From Candidatus Rokuibacteriota bacterium (lineage in GTDB: Bacteria > Methylomirabilota > Methylomirabilia > Rokubacteriales > CSP1-6), in assembly GCA_016184305.1 (NCBI GenBank), contig JACPCX010000185.1:16046-80045 (forward strand): a stretch of 64,000 bases of DNA, read 5' to 3'. Numbering within the stretch: position 1 is the stretch's first letter; every line of letters begins with the position of its first letter. Made by a program: the position numbers and the translations under genes. Positions 27,087-37,195 of the stretch are shown here, in pieces. Under the pieces are notes generated by a model, which saw nothing but the letters and a program-made list of their open reading frames with translations, ran no database searches and was not told the DNA's origin.

Positions 27087-28172
27087 ATGCCCACCTACAG
27101 GATCGCGGTGCTGGCCGGTGATGGCATCGGCCAGGAGGTCACACCGGAGGCCCAGCGTGTCCTCGATGTGATCGGCAAGGCCACGGGAGCAAGTTTCGAG
27201 TTCGAGACGGGCCTGGTGGGCGGGGTGGCCATCGATGCCACGGGCGGACCGCTGCCGGAGTCCTCGCTCCGTCTCTGCGAGCAGAGCGATGCGATCCTGT
27301 TCGGCGCCGTGGGCGGGCCCAAGTGGGACTCGCTGCCGCACGAAACCCGCCCCGAGCGCGGGCTGCTCCGGATCCGCAAGGAGCTGGACCTGTTCGCGAA
27401 CCTGAGGCCCGCCAGGTGCTTCCCCATGCTGGTGGATGCCTCCCCCCTCAAGCGGTCGGTGGTCGAGGGGACGGATCTCATGGTCGTCCGCGAGCTGACG
27501 GGCGGGCTCTACTTCGGCGAGCCGCGGGGGCGCGAGGCCTTCGCCGACGGCAGCGAGCGGGCGGTGAACACCATGGCCTATACCTCTCGAGAGATCGAGC
27601 GGGTCGTCCGGGCGGCGTTCGACGTGGCCATGAAGCGGAAGAAACGGCTCACCTCCGTGGACAAGGCCAATGTGCTGGTGGTGTCCCAGCTCTGGCGCGA
27701 GGTGGTGATCCGCGTGGCGAAGGAGTACCCCCAGGTGACCGTGGAGCACGTCCTGGTGGACAATTGCGCCATGGCGCTCGTCAACCGGCCCACCCAGTTC
27801 GACACGATCGTGACGGAGAACACCTTCGGCGACATCCTCTCGGACGAGGCGGCGATCCTGGCGGGCTCCATGGGGATGCTGCCCTCGGCGAGCCTCGGCG
27901 GGCGCGTGGGCTTGTATGAGCCCGTGCACGGCACGGCGCCGGACATCGCCGGCAAGGGCCTGGCGAACCCCATCGCGGCCATCCTCTCGGCCGCCATGCT
28001 GCTTCGCTACTCGCTGGACCGCGGCCCGGACGCCGACCGCGTCGAGGCCGCCGTGCTCCGCGTGCTCGAGCAGGGCCACAGGACAGGGGACATCGCCGCG
28101 CCCGGCGGCACGACGGCGGGGACGCGCGAGATGGGCGACCTCATCGCCCGCGAGCTCGAGCGATCGTACTGA
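27087..28172 (+). CDS. leuB: 3-isopropylmalate dehydrogenase
   Basis: 361 aa. ...[13 protein letters not shown]...[11 protein letters not shown]...[12 protein letters not shown]... Confidence 0.97.
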   Translation: MPTYRIAVLAGDGIGQEVTPEAQRVLDVIGKATGASFEFETGLVGGVAIDATGGPLPESSLRLCEQSDAILFGAVGGPKWDSLPHETRPERGLLRIRKELDLFANLRPARCFPMLVDASPLKRSVVEGTDLMVVRELTGGLYFGEPRGREAFADGSERAVNTMAYTSREIERVVRAAFDVAMKRKKRLTSVDKANVLVVSQLWREVVIRVAKEYPQVTVEHVLVDNCAMALVNRPTQFDTIVTENTFGDILSDEAAILAGSMGMLPSASLGGRVGLYEPVHGTAPDIAGKGLANPIAAILSAAMLLRYSLDRGPDADRVEAAVLRVLEQGHRTGDIAAPGGTTAGTREMGDLIARELERSY

Positions 28173-28191
28173 GAGAAAGGATCCTACGGAT

Positions 28192-29193
28192 ATGAACGGG
28201 GTGCGGGTGGCGGTGGTCGGTGTCACGGGGGCGGTGGGGCAGACGACGCTCAGGATCCTGGAGGAGCGGAAGTTCCCGGTGCGGGAGTTGCGGGCTTTTG
28301 CCTCGGAGCGGTCGGTGGGCAAGACCGTCACGTTCCAGGGGGAGCGTGTCCGCGTGGAGAAGGTGGCGCCCGGGGCCTTCACGGGAGTGGACATCGCCTT
28401 CTTCTCCGCCGGCTCCGCCCAGTCCAGGGAGTTTGCGCCGCAGGCCGTCAAGGCGGGCGCCGTCGTGGTGGACAAGTCCAGCGCCTTCCGCATGGATCCC
28501 ACCGTGCCCCTGGTCGTCCCCGAGATCAACGCCCACGCCGTCAAGGGGCACCGCGGGATCGTCGCCTGCCCGAACTGCACGACCATCGTCACCGTGATGC
28601 CGCTCAAGCCGCTCCATGACACTGGCCGCCTGCTCCGGGTGATCGCCACCAGCTTCCAGGCCGTCTCGGGCGCCGGGGTCAACGGGGTCGAGGAGCTGCG
28701 CAGCCAGACGCTGGCCTGGGCGCGCGGCGAGGCCCTGACGCCGAAGTACTTCCTCCACCAGATCGCCTTCAACGTGATCCCGCACATCGACACGTTCGGC
28801 GAGAGCGGGTACACGGGGGAGGAGATGAAGCTGGTGCACGAGGTGCGGAAGATCCTCGAGCTGCCCGACCTCGCGGTCTCGCCCACGACCGTCCGGGTGC
28901 CCGTGTTCACCGCGCACTCGATCGCGGTCAACGCCGAGACGGCGACCAAGGTGAGCGCGGCCAGCGCGCGCGAGGCCTTCGCCCGGTTTCCGGGACTCCG
29001 GCTCTGGGACGATCCGGCGGAGAATCGCTACCCGATGCCGGTGGCCGTGGAGGGCCAGGACGACTGTTTCGTGGGACGCATCCGCGAGGACCTGTCCCTG
29101 GCCAACGGCCTCAATTTCTGGGTCGTGGGCGACCAGCTGCGCAAGGGCGCCGCGCTGAACGGGATCCAGATCGCCGAGCTCCTGATCCGCTGA
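28192..29193 (+). CDS. asd: Aspartate-semialdehyde dehydrogenase
   Basis: MNGVRVAVVGVTGAVGQ...ACPNCTTI... (active-site Cys) ...RVPVFTAHS... Confidence 0.95.
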   Translation: MNGVRVAVVGVTGAVGQTTLRILEERKFPVRELRAFASERSVGKTVTFQGERVRVEKVAPGAFTGVDIAFFSAGSAQSREFAPQAVKAGAVVVDKSSAFRMDPTVPLVVPEINAHAVKGHRGIVACPNCTTIVTVMPLKPLHDTGRLLRVIATSFQAVSGAGVNGVEELRSQTLAWARGEALTPKYFLHQIAFNVIPHIDTFGESGYTGEEMKLVHEVRKILELPDLAVSPTTVRVPVFTAHSIAVNAETATKVSAASAREAFARFPGLRLWDDPAENRYPMPVAVEGQDDCFVGRIREDLSLANGLNFWVVGDQLRKGAALNGIQIAELLIR

Positions 29194-29225
29194 GTGAGGC
29201 CGTTCCCGGCGCCGGGGCGGGGGGC

Positions 29226-29969
29226 ATGACTCGCACGCTTCGCCTCACCCTGGCCTACGATGGCACGGACCTCTCCGGCTGGCAGTCCCAGCCCGACCGC
29301 CCGACGGTCCAGGGACTCCTGATGCAGTCCTGCGAGCGCATCCTGGGCGAGCGCGTGAAGGTCGTGGGGGCGAGCCGGACCGATGCCGGCGTCCACGCCC
29401 TCCGGCAGGTGGCGAGCCTGGCCATCGCCTCGCCCATGGCCCCGGCGGCGCTGGGGCGCGCGCTCAACGCCCTGCTCCCCGCCACGATCCGCGTCCTCGA
29501 GGCCCGCGAGGCGCCGCCGGGATTCGACGCCCGGCGCTGGGCCCGGGGCAAGCGCTACTGCTACCTGATCGACCGGGGGCGTCCGGCCGATCCGTTCCTC
29601 CGCCGCTACGCGTGGCATGCGCCGTACGTCCTCGAGGCGGAGGCCATGGCGCGCGCGCTCCGGCTCCTCCTGGGCACGCATGACTTCTCCGCCTTCTGCG
29701 CCGCGGCCGGCCGCGGGCGGACTCCGATGTGCACGATCCGCTCGGCCCGCCTCGTGCTGAGGAAGCGCCGGCTCGGGATCCTGCTGTCGGCCGACAGCTT
29801 CCTCCATCACATGGTGCGTAACATCGCGGGCAGCCTCGTGGAGGTCGGGCGCGGGGCGCGGGAGCCGGACTGGCTCGGGCGGGTGCTGGTGGCGCGCGAC
29901 CGGAGCCTTGCCGGTGCCACGGCGCCCCCCGAGGGGCTCTCGCTCGTACGCGTGCTCTATCCCACGTGA
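29226..29969 (+). CDS. truA: tRNA pseudouridine(38-40) synthase
   Basis: ...LAYDGTDLSGWQSQ...GASRTDAGVHAL... (catalytic Asp motif) ...SFLHHMVRNI... Confidence 0.93.
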   Translation: MTRTLRLTLAYDGTDLSGWQSQPDRPTVQGLLMQSCERILGERVKVVGASRTDAGVHALRQVASLAIASPMAPAALGRALNALLPATIRVLEAREAPPGFDARRWARGKRYCYLIDRGRPADPFLRRYAWHAPYVLEAEAMARALRLLLGTHDFSAFCAAAGRGRTPMCTIRSARLVLRKRRLGILLSADSFLHHMVRNIAGSLVEVGRGAREPDWLGRVLVARDRSLAGATAPPEGLSLVRVLYPT

Positions 29970-30029
29970 GCCACGAGCTCCGCCGGCGAGCGGCTTGCCT
30001 TTGCCGCGGGGCATCGGCAGGATAAGGCC

Positions 30030-30788
30030 ATGCGGACCTACCTGCGGGTGAGCCGCGGCCGGCTCGAGGAGGTCAAGGCCGAGGTTGTGCGCGAGCAGCT
30101 GCTCGCGATCTACGTCAACGGCAGTCGCTTCCTCACCCTCCTCTGCTCCCCCTTCCAGCTCGAGGCGCTCGTCGTCGGCTACCTGTGGATGGAGAAAGTG
30201 ATCGCGGGCCTCGAGGACATCGTCTCGCTGGACGTGTCCGACGTGGACGGTCGGGCGGACGTCACCCTGACGCAACCCGTGGAGCTGCCCACGGCGCGGA
30301 TCCTCACCTCCGGGTGTGGCGGCGGCATCACCTTCCGCATCGACCCGCGACTGTTCACGCGCGTCGAGTCCTCGCTGCGCGTCCGGCCGGCGCAGCTCGC
30401 GGCGCGGCTCAAGGATCTCTTCGTCGAGGCCATCCACTACCGCGCCTCGCGGGGCATCCACGGCGCGGCGCTCACCGACGGAGAGCGCCTGCTGGTGGTG
30501 GCGGAGGACGTGGGACGGCACAACGCCGTGGACAAGCTCAAGGGGGAGGCGCTGTTCCGGGGTGTCCCCACCACTGACCGCGTCCTGCTGTCCACGGGCC
30601 GGATCTCCTCCGAGATGCTCCTGAAGGCCGCCCGCATGGGCGTGCCGGTGGTGGCCTCTCGCACCTCGCCGACCGAGATGGCCGTGGGGCTCGCCGAGCA
30701 GCTCGGGGTCACGGTGGTCGGCTATCTGCGGCCCGACACGCTCAACCTGTACACCGGTGACGCGCTGGACCTCGGCGAGCTGTCCTGA
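30030..30788 (+). CDS. fdhD: Formate dehydrogenase accessory sulfurtransferase FdhD
   Basis: 252 aa. ...SGCGGG... ...EDVGRHNAVDKL... ...SGRISSEMLLKAARMGVPVVASRTSPT... Confidence 0.9.
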   Translation: MRTYLRVSRGRLEEVKAEVVREQLLAIYVNGSRFLTLLCSPFQLEALVVGYLWMEKVIAGLEDIVSLDVSDVDGRADVTLTQPVELPTARILTSGCGGGITFRIDPRLFTRVESSLRVRPAQLAARLKDLFVEAIHYRASRGIHGAALTDGERLLVVAEDVGRHNAVDKLKGEALFRGVPTTDRVLLSTGRISSEMLLKAARMGVPVVASRTSPTEMAVGLAEQLGVTVVGYLRPDTLNLYTGDALDLGELS

Positions 30789-30802
30789 CCCTCCCGGCGT
30801 GT

Positions 30803-30831
30803 TTGCCTGGCCCCGGACGACCTGATAAACT
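30803..30831 (+). promoter_or_regulatory. Candidate promoter TTGCCT-17 nt-(TGa)TAAACT upstream of the hem operon
   Basis: TTGCCT at 30803..30808; extended -10 TGATAAACT at 30823..30831. The AT-rich patch is unusual for this sequence. Confidence 0.4.
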
Positions 30832-30850
30832 TTCCCCGTGATTTATCAGG
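30821..30850. promoter_or_regulatory. 9-bp perfect inverted repeat CCTGATAAA-N12-TTTATCAGG overlapping the candidate -10 (operator/hairpin candidate)
   Basis: CCTGATAAA at 30821..30829 and TTTATCAGG at 30842..30850, 40 nt upstream of the ccsA-like GTG start. Confidence 0.45.
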
Positions 30851-30890
30851 GAGTTCCGTTCTCGCGCCGGCGACAGGGGCGGCCTGAGCC

Positions 30891-31697
30891 GTGAACGCGG
30901 TCTTGTATGACGTGGCGCTCACGGGTTACATCATCGCCACCGCCTCGGCGCTCGGCTACCTGCTCGGCCGCCGGGAGGGGCTCTGGCGATTCACCATCCT
31001 CGTGACGCAGGCCGGCTGGATGGTCCACACACTGGCCCTGGTCGTGCGTGGGGTCGAGCTCCGCCGCTTCCCTCTCACGACGCTCGCCGAGACCGTCTCC
31101 GTGGTGATCTGGCTGGCCGTGCTCCTCGAGGTGTGGGCCGAACGCGCCTATCGCGTGAAGGTGCTGGGCGCCTTCGTTCTGCCCGTGGTGCTCGTGCTGG
31201 GCCTGGCGCTGCCCACGGGGTTGCGCGTCCTGGTGCTGGCGCCCGCCATCTCCAGCGTCTGGATCAAGGTACACGTGGCGCTGGCGCTCATCGGGCTGGC
31301 CGCGCTCGTGCTGAATTTCTCCGGTGCCGTGATGTACCTCCTGCAGGAGCGGCAGCTCAAGGCGAAGCGGCCGGGAAACGTCTACTACCGGCTGCCGTCC
31401 CTCGAGACCCTCGACCGCCTGAGCTACCGCACCCTCACGCTGGGCTTCCCCTTCCTCACCGCGGGCCTGCTCCTGGGCGTGTTCTCGGCGGGCAAGGCGT
31501 GGGGCAGCCCCTTTGCGTTCGACCCGCTGGCCCTCTTCTCCAGCTTCATGTGGGTCGTCTACGCGGCGACCCTGTCGGGCCGGGCAGTGGGCCGCTGGCG
31601 CGGCCGGCGCGCCGCCTACTTCGCCATCGCGGGCTTCTGCGCCCTGCTCCTGATGCTGGGAGCGGGCGTGATGCTCCAGGGGCGGCACGGCTCCTGA
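30891..31697 (+). CDS. Cytochrome c assembly family membrane protein (CcsA/HemX-like), hemA-associated
   Basis: 268-aa polytopic protein. Stop overlaps the hemA ATG. This arrangement is typical upstream of hemA. Confidence 0.8.
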   Translation: MNAVLYDVALTGYIIATASALGYLLGRREGLWRFTILVTQAGWMVHTLALVVRGVELRRFPLTTLAETVSVVIWLAVLLEVWAERAYRVKVLGAFVLPVVLVLGLALPTGLRVLVLAPAISSVWIKVHVALALIGLAALVLNFSGAVMYLLQERQLKAKRPGNVYYRLPSLETLDRLSYRTLTLGFPFLTAGLLLGVFSAGKAWGSPFAFDPLALFSSFMWVVYAATLSGRAVGRWRGRRAAYFAIAGFCALLLMLGAGVMLQGRHGS

Positions 31698-32986
31698 TGG
31701 GCACGGTCTTCGTCGCCGGCATGAACCACCGGAGCGCGCCGATCGAGGTGCGCGAGCAGCTCGCCCTCGAGGAGGACAAGCTGCGCGGGATTCTGGCGGA
31801 CCTCACCGACCGGGGGCTGTGCGCCGAGGTCATGATCCTCTCCACCTGCAACCGCGTCGAGGTCTACGGCCTGGCGGACGTGCCGGGCGAGGCCCGGGCG
31901 GCGGCGTTCCGGGGGCTGGGCGCCGCGCGCGGTGTCAGTCTCCAGCAGATCGAGACGCTGCTGTACAGCAAGACGGAAGACGAGGCGGTCCTCCACGCGT
32001 TCCGCGTGGCGGCGAGCCTGGACTCCATGATTCTCGGCGAGCCGCAGATCCTCGGGCAGGTCAAGGACGCCTTCGCCCTGGCCCAGTCCTGCCGCACGGT
32101 GGGCCCCACGCTGCACGCCCTGATGACGCAGGCCTTCAGCGTGGCCAAGCGGATCCGCACCGACACCGAGGTCGGGCGCCACGCGGTCTCGGCCTCCTAC
32201 GCGGCGGTGGAGCTGGCGCGGAAGATCTTCGGCTCCCTCGAGAGCAAGGCGGTGCTCCTGGTCGGGGCGGGAGAGATGGGGGAGCTGGCCGCGCGGCACC
32301 TTCAGGAGCACGGGGCCATGCCCGTGTACGTGGCCAACCGCACGTGGAGCCGCGCGCAGGATCTTGCCCACACGCTCTCCGGCACGGCCGTGCCCTACGA
32401 GCATTTCGCCGCGACCATGGCGGAGGTGGACGTGGTCATCACCTCCACGGCGGCGCCCGAGCCCATCGTCCGCGCGCAAGACGTCGAGCGCGCGCTGCAC
32501 TCCCGTCGCCACCGGCCGCTGTTCTTCATCGACCTCGCCGTGCCGCGCAACGTGGAGCCGGCGGTGAACGACCTGGAAGACGCCTTCTGCTACGACGTGG
32601 ACGATCTCCGGCTCGTGGTGGAGGCCAATCTGCGAGAGCGCCAGAAGGAGGCGCAGCGGGCCGAGGCTCTGGTGGAGCGCGAGGTGGCGAAGTTCGTGGT
32701 CCGCCTCCGTGATGTCGAGGTCGTGCCGACCATCGTGTCCCTCCGGGACAAGCTCGAAGCGATCCGCCGCGGCGAGCTGGACAAGGCGCTGTCCCGGCTG
32801 CCCGCCGCCAGCGACGAGACGAGGAAAGTGATGGAGGCGCTGTCCCAGGCCATCGTCAACAAGGTTCTTCACGCCCCCATCGTGAAGCTGAAGAACTCCT
32901 CGCGCGAAGGCCACCACGCGCGCTTCACGGAGCTGATCTCCGAGCTGTTCGGGCTGAAGCGCTCCCCGCGGGAGCGCGAGCCGTGA
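31697..32986 (+). CDS. hemA: Glutamyl-tRNA reductase
   Basis: MGTVFVAGMNHRSAPIEVRE...LSTCNRVEVY...VLLVGAGEMGE... In frame within track ORF 31133..32986. Confidence 0.95.
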   Translation: MGTVFVAGMNHRSAPIEVREQLALEEDKLRGILADLTDRGLCAEVMILSTCNRVEVYGLADVPGEARAAAFRGLGAARGVSLQQIETLLYSKTEDEAVLHAFRVAASLDSMILGEPQILGQVKDAFALAQSCRTVGPTLHALMTQAFSVAKRIRTDTEVGRHAVSASYAAVELARKIFGSLESKAVLLVGAGEMGELAARHLQEHGAMPVYVANRTWSRAQDLAHTLSGTAVPYEHFAATMAEVDVVITSTAAPEPIVRAQDVERALHSRRHRPLFFIDLAVPRNVEPAVNDLEDAFCYDVDDLRLVVEANLRERQKEAQRAEALVEREVAKFVVRLRDVEVVPTIVSLRDKLEAIRRGELDKALSRLPAASDETRKVMEALSQAIVNKVLHAPIVKLKNSSREGHHARFTELISELFGLKRSPREREP

Positions 32987-33891
32987 AGATCCGGCTCGGG
33001 ACGCGGGGCAGCCGGCTGGCCCGCGTCCAGTCGGAAGGCGTCGCGGCGGCCCTCCGCGCCCTTGGCGCCGACGTCGAGCTCCTGGCGATCAAGACGTCGG
33101 GGGACCGCCTGGCCCAGGTGGCGCTGGCCGACTTCGGCGGCAAGGCGCTCTTCGTCAAGGAGATCGAGGAGGCGCTCCTCGGCGGGCGCGCGGACATGGG
33201 GGTGCACAGCCTCAAGGACATGCCCGCCATCCTGCCCGCGGGGCTCTGTCTGGCCGCCTATCCCCGCCGCGAGGATCCCCGCGACGTGCTGCTGACCCGG
33301 GGTGGGGAGACGCTCCGCGACCTGCGCCACGGCGCCGTGGTGGGCACGTCCAGCCTGCGCCGGCGCGTCATGCTCCTGAGCCACCGCCCGGATCTTCGGA
33401 TCGAGCCCATCCGCGGCAATGTGGACACGCGGCTCCGCAAGCTCGCCGCCGGCGATTACGATGCCCTCGTCATGGCGCGCGCGGGGCTCCGCCGGCTGGG
33501 GATCGAGCCCGTGAGCGCTTGGCCGCTCCCCGCCCACGACTTCCTTCCAGCCGTGGGGCAGGGGATCCTTGGGATCGAGGCGCGGGAGTCGGACCGGGCG
33601 CTGCTTGAACTTCTCTCGGGGCTCGATCACACTGAGACGCGGGTGCAGGCGGAGGCGGAGCGTGCCTTCCTGGCGCGGCTGGGCGCCGGCTGCCACACCG
33701 CGGTGGCGGGACTGGCGCGGCTCGACGGTGATGCGCTCACGGTGGACGGCTGGGTGGCGAGCGTGGATGGGCGCACCGTCCTGTCGGCCGCGGTGAGCGG
33801 GCCCAGCGCCACGGCCCGCCTGCTGGGGGAGAAGCTGGCCGACGAGCTCCTCGCGCGGGGCGCGCGCGGGGTGCTGGAGGAAACGCGGTGA
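32983..33891 (+). CDS. hemC: Hydroxymethylbilane synthase (porphobilinogen deaminase)
   Basis: MKIRLGTRGSRLA..Q......IKTSGD...GGKALFVKEIE... Confidence 0.95.
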   Translation: MKIRLGTRGSRLARVQSEGVAAALRALGADVELLAIKTSGDRLAQVALADFGGKALFVKEIEEALLGGRADMGVHSLKDMPAILPAGLCLAAYPRREDPRDVLLTRGGETLRDLRHGAVVGTSSLRRRVMLLSHRPDLRIEPIRGNVDTRLRKLAAGDYDALVMARAGLRRLGIEPVSAWPLPAHDFLPAVGQGILGIEARESDRALLELLSGLDHTETRVQAEAERAFLARLGAGCHTAVAGLARLDGDALTVDGWVASVDGRTVLSAAVSGPSATARLLGEKLADELLARGARGVLEETR

Positions 33892-34736
33892 CGGCGAGGA
33901 CCGAAGTCGGGGCGGCGAGGCCGCTCAGCGGCCGGGTGATCGTCGTCACGCGCGCGCTCGAGCAGGCGGGGCGCTTCGGCGCGCTCCTCGAGGAGGCCGG
34001 CGCCCGGGTGCTGTCCGTGCCGACCATTGCCATCGAGCCGCCTCCGTCGTGGGCGGCGCTCGACGCCGCGCTCGCCGCGGCGGGCGCCTGCCAGTGGGTG
34101 ATCTTCACGAGCGTCAACGGCGTGGAGATGGTGCGGCGCCGGCTCGCCGAGACGGGCCGCGGCGCCGGGGCGCTCCGCGGTCCCCGCGTCGCCGCCATCG
34201 GACCGGCCACGGCCGAGGCCATCCGCCGATGGGGCCTCGCCCCGGAGATCGTGCCGGACGAGTACGTGGCCGAGGGACTCGTGGAGCGCCTGCGGGCGCT
34301 GGTGCGTTCCGGAGACCGGGTGCTGCTGCCGCGCGCCGCGGGGGCGCGGGACGTGCTGGTCCGCGAGCTCTCCGCCATGGGCGCGGCCGTGAACGAGGTG
34401 GCGGTCTACCGGACACGGCCCGCGGTCGAAGGGGCCGCCGCGCTCACGGCCGCCCTCGAGGCCGGCAGCGTGGACGTCGTGACCTTCACCAGCTCTTCCA
34501 CCGTGCGGCACTTCGCGGCGCTGTTCGCGGCGGGCGAGCTCCCCCGGCTCATGCAGGGCGTGCTCGTGGCGTGCATCGGCCCCGTCACCGCCTCCACCGC
34601 GGCCGAGCACGGGCTCAGGACCGCCATCGCGCCCGCGGAGTACACGATCCCCGCCCTGGCCCGGGCCATCGCGCTCCACTTCGCCAATGCGCCGGCGGCG
34701 AGGTCCGGAGGCGCCGGGCTGCCGCAGCCAGACTGA
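33888..34736 (+). CDS. hemD: Uroporphyrinogen-III synthase
   Basis: 282 aa. ...PLSGRVIVVTRA...FTSVNGV...FTSSSTV... Position between hemC and hemB. Confidence 0.85.
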   Translation: MTARTEVGAARPLSGRVIVVTRALEQAGRFGALLEEAGARVLSVPTIAIEPPPSWAALDAALAAAGACQWVIFTSVNGVEMVRRRLAETGRGAGALRGPRVAAIGPATAEAIRRWGLAPEIVPDEYVAEGLVERLRALVRSGDRVLLPRAAGARDVLVRELSAMGAAVNEVAVYRTRPAVEGAAALTAALEAGSVDVVTFTSSSTVRHFAALFAAGELPRLMQGVLVACIGPVTASTAAEHGLRTAIAPAEYTIPALARAIALHFANAPAARSGGAGLPQPD

Positions 34737-34794
34737 CCCACGGTCAACATGCCGGCAGGCGTGTTGCGGATGACAGGATGAAAGGAGCTGAACC

Positions 34795-35778
34795 ATGCCG
34801 TACCCTTTCTATCGCCCTCGACGGCTCCGCAAGTCCGCCCTCTTGCGGAAGATGGTCCGGGAGACGGTGCTGCGGACCGATGATCTCGTCCTGCCGCTCT
34901 TCGCCGTCCACGGCCGAGGGGTCCGCGAGCCCATCTCCTCCATGCCGGGGCAGGCGCGCCTGTCCATCGACGAGCTGCTCAGGGAGTGCAAGGACGCGGC
35001 CTCCATGGGCATCCCGGCGGTGCTCCTCTTCGGGTTGCCGCAGGAGAAGGATCCACGGGGCAGCGAGGCCTACGCCGAGGACGGCATCATCCAGCAGGCC
35101 GTGCGCGCCGTGAAGGAGACGATCCCGGACCTGCTGGTCATCACGGATGTGTGCCTCTGCGAGTACACGAGCCACGGCCACTGCGGGATCGTCGAGGATG
35201 GGCGGGTGAGGAACGATCCCACCGTCGACCTCATCGCGCGGACCGCGGTGTCCCACGCCGAGGCCGGTGCCGACATGGTGGCGCCCTCGGACATGATGGA
35301 CGGCCGCGTCGGCGCCATCCGGGAGTCGCTCGACGAGGCCGGCTACGAGGAGACGCCGATCATGGCGTACTCGGCGAAGTACGCCTCGGCCTTCTACGGG
35401 CCTTTCCGCGAGGCCGCCGGCTCCACGCCGCAGTTCGGCGACCGGCGCGCCTACCAGATGGATCCGGCCAATGGGCTCGAGGCCATGCGCGAGGTGGCGC
35501 TGGACGTGGACGAAGGGGCCGACATCGTCATGGTCAAGCCCGCGCTGCCGTACCTGGACATCATCTCGCGCGTGAAGAGCGACTTCGGCCTGCCGGTGGC
35601 CGCGTACTCGGTGTCCGGCGAGTACGCCATGATCCGCGCCGCGGGCCAGCTCGGGTGGCTCGACGAGGAGCGGACGATCATGGAGGCCCTCACGAGCATC
35701 CGGCGGGCGGGGGCCGACATCATCATCACCTACTTCGCGAAGGACGCCGCGCGGCTCATCGAGCAGGGGCGCCAGTGA
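34795..35778 (+). CDS. hemB: Porphobilinogen synthase (delta-aminolevulinate dehydratase)
   Basis: ...RPRRLR...[14 protein letters not shown]... ...[12 protein letters not shown]... Confidence 0.96.
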   Translation: MPYPFYRPRRLRKSALLRKMVRETVLRTDDLVLPLFAVHGRGVREPISSMPGQARLSIDELLRECKDAASMGIPAVLLFGLPQEKDPRGSEAYAEDGIIQQAVRAVKETIPDLLVITDVCLCEYTSHGHCGIVEDGRVRNDPTVDLIARTAVSHAEAGADMVAPSDMMDGRVGAIRESLDEAGYEETPIMAYSAKYASAFYGPFREAAGSTPQFGDRRAYQMDPANGLEAMREVALDVDEGADIVMVKPALPYLDIISRVKSDFGLPVAAYSVSGEYAMIRAAGQLGWLDEERTIMEALTSIRRAGADIIITYFAKDAARLIEQGRQ

Positions 35779-35791
35779 GGATGCCGGCCTC

Positions 35792-36238
35792 GTGAGGATC
35801 TCGGCCAAGGGGGAGTACGCCATCAAGGCCATGCTCGACCTGGCCCTGTCGGACAGCGAGGGGCTGCGTCCCATCCAGGAGATCGCATCGCGCCAGGACA
35901 TCCCGCAGCGCTACCTCGAGCAGGTGCTTCTCCAGCTCAAGCGGTCCGGGTTTCTCGTCTCGCGCCGCGGCTCTTCCGGCGGGTACCGGCTGAGCCGGCC
36001 TCCCGACCAGATCACGGTGGGCAGCGTGCTGCGGGCGGTGGAGGGCTCCCTCGCGGGGATCGAGCCGCCTCGCCGGACGGGGCGCGGCCGGCCGGGCGAT
36101 CAGGCGGGCGATCTGTCCGAGCTGTGGCAGGAGGTGGCCGAGGCCGTGTCGTCGGTCGTGGACAGGACGACGCTGGCCGACCTCAAGCGCCGGGCCGCGG
36201 AGCGGCAGGGCGCGCGACGACCCATGTACCACATCTAG
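35792..36238 (+). CDS. Rrf2 family transcriptional regulator (CymR/IscR-like)
   Basis: MRISAKGEYAIKAMLDLAL...IASRQDIPQRYLEQVLLQLKRSGFLVSRRGSSGGYRLSR... Directly upstream of cysK. Confidence 0.88.
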   Translation: MRISAKGEYAIKAMLDLALSDSEGLRPIQEIASRQDIPQRYLEQVLLQLKRSGFLVSRRGSSGGYRLSRPPDQITVGSVLRAVEGSLAGIEPPRRTGRGRPGDQAGDLSELWQEVAEAVSSVVDRTTLADLKRRAAERQGARRPMYHI

Positions 36239-36240
36239 AC

Positions 36241-37194
36241 ATGGGAGCCATGGGGCAGAGGCGGCAGAGCAGCGGAGGCCGGCCGCGCATCGCGGGGTCG
36301 GTACTCGAGGTAGTGGGGGGCACGCCGCTGGTGAGGCTCAACCGCCTCCCCCGGCCCGATGGGGCCACGGTGCTGGCGAAGATGGAGTCGCTCAATCCCG
36401 GGGGCAGCGTCAAGGACCGGATCGCGGTGGCCATGGTCGAGGACGCTGAGCGCCGGGGACTCCTCCAGCCCGGCGCCACCGTGGTGGAGCCGACCAGCGG
36501 GAACACGGGCATCGGGCTGGCCATGGTCTGCGCCGTCCGCGGGTATCGCCTCATCCTCACCATGCCCGATGACATGAGCGTCGAGCGGCAGCGGCTGCTG
36601 GCGCGCTACGGGGCGGAGCTTCGCCTCACGCCGGCCCTCGAAGGCATGACGGGCGCCGTGTTCGCCGCCCAGGAGATCCTGCGCGAGCACCCGGAGTACT
36701 TCATGCCGCTGCAGTTCGAGAACCCGGCGAACCCGGAGATCCACCGCCGCACGACGGCGCTCGAGATCCTCGAGGCCACCGAGGAGCGGATCCACGTCTT
36801 CCTGGCCGGCATCGGCACGGGCGGCACGGTGACGGGGGTCGGCGAGGTGCTCAAGCAGCGGGTCCCGGGCGTACGGGTCGTCGGCGTGGAGCCGGCGCGC
36901 TCGCCAGTGCTCTCCGGTGGCAAGGCGCGCCCCCACGCGATCCAGGGCATCGGCGCCTCCTTCGTGCCCGCGGTGTTGAACCGCGCGATCCTCGACGAGA
37001 TCGTGCACGTGCGCGACGAGGATGCCATCACCACGGCGCGCCGCCTCGCGCAGGAAGAAGGGCTCCTCGTGGGGATCTCGGCCGGGGCCAATGTCTGGGC
37101 CGCCTGCCAGCTGGCCGGGCGCTTGCCGCAGGATCGCGTCGTGGTCACGGTGCTGTGCGATACTGGCGAGCGCTATCTCAGCGTGCCGTTCTGA
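36241..37194 (+). CDS. cysK: Cysteine synthase (O-acetyl/O-phosphoserine sulfhydrylase; CysK/CysM type)
   Basis: ...GGTPLVRLNRL...ESLNPGGSVKDR (PLP Lys)...EPTSGNTGIGLA...GTGGT...TGERYLSVPF. Complete C-terminus. Confidence 0.93.
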   Translation: MGAMGQRRQSSGGRPRIAGSVLEVVGGTPLVRLNRLPRPDGATVLAKMESLNPGGSVKDRIAVAMVEDAERRGLLQPGATVVEPTSGNTGIGLAMVCAVRGYRLILTMPDDMSVERQRLLARYGAELRLTPALEGMTGAVFAAQEILREHPEYFMPLQFENPANPEIHRRTTALEILEATEERIHVFLAGIGTGGTVTGVGEVLKQRVPGVRVVGVEPARSPVLSGGKARPHAIQGIGASFVPAVLNRAILDEIVHVRDEDAITTARRLAQEEGLLVGISAGANVWAACQLAGRLPQDRVVVTVLCDTGERYLSVPF

Positions 37195-37195
37195 A

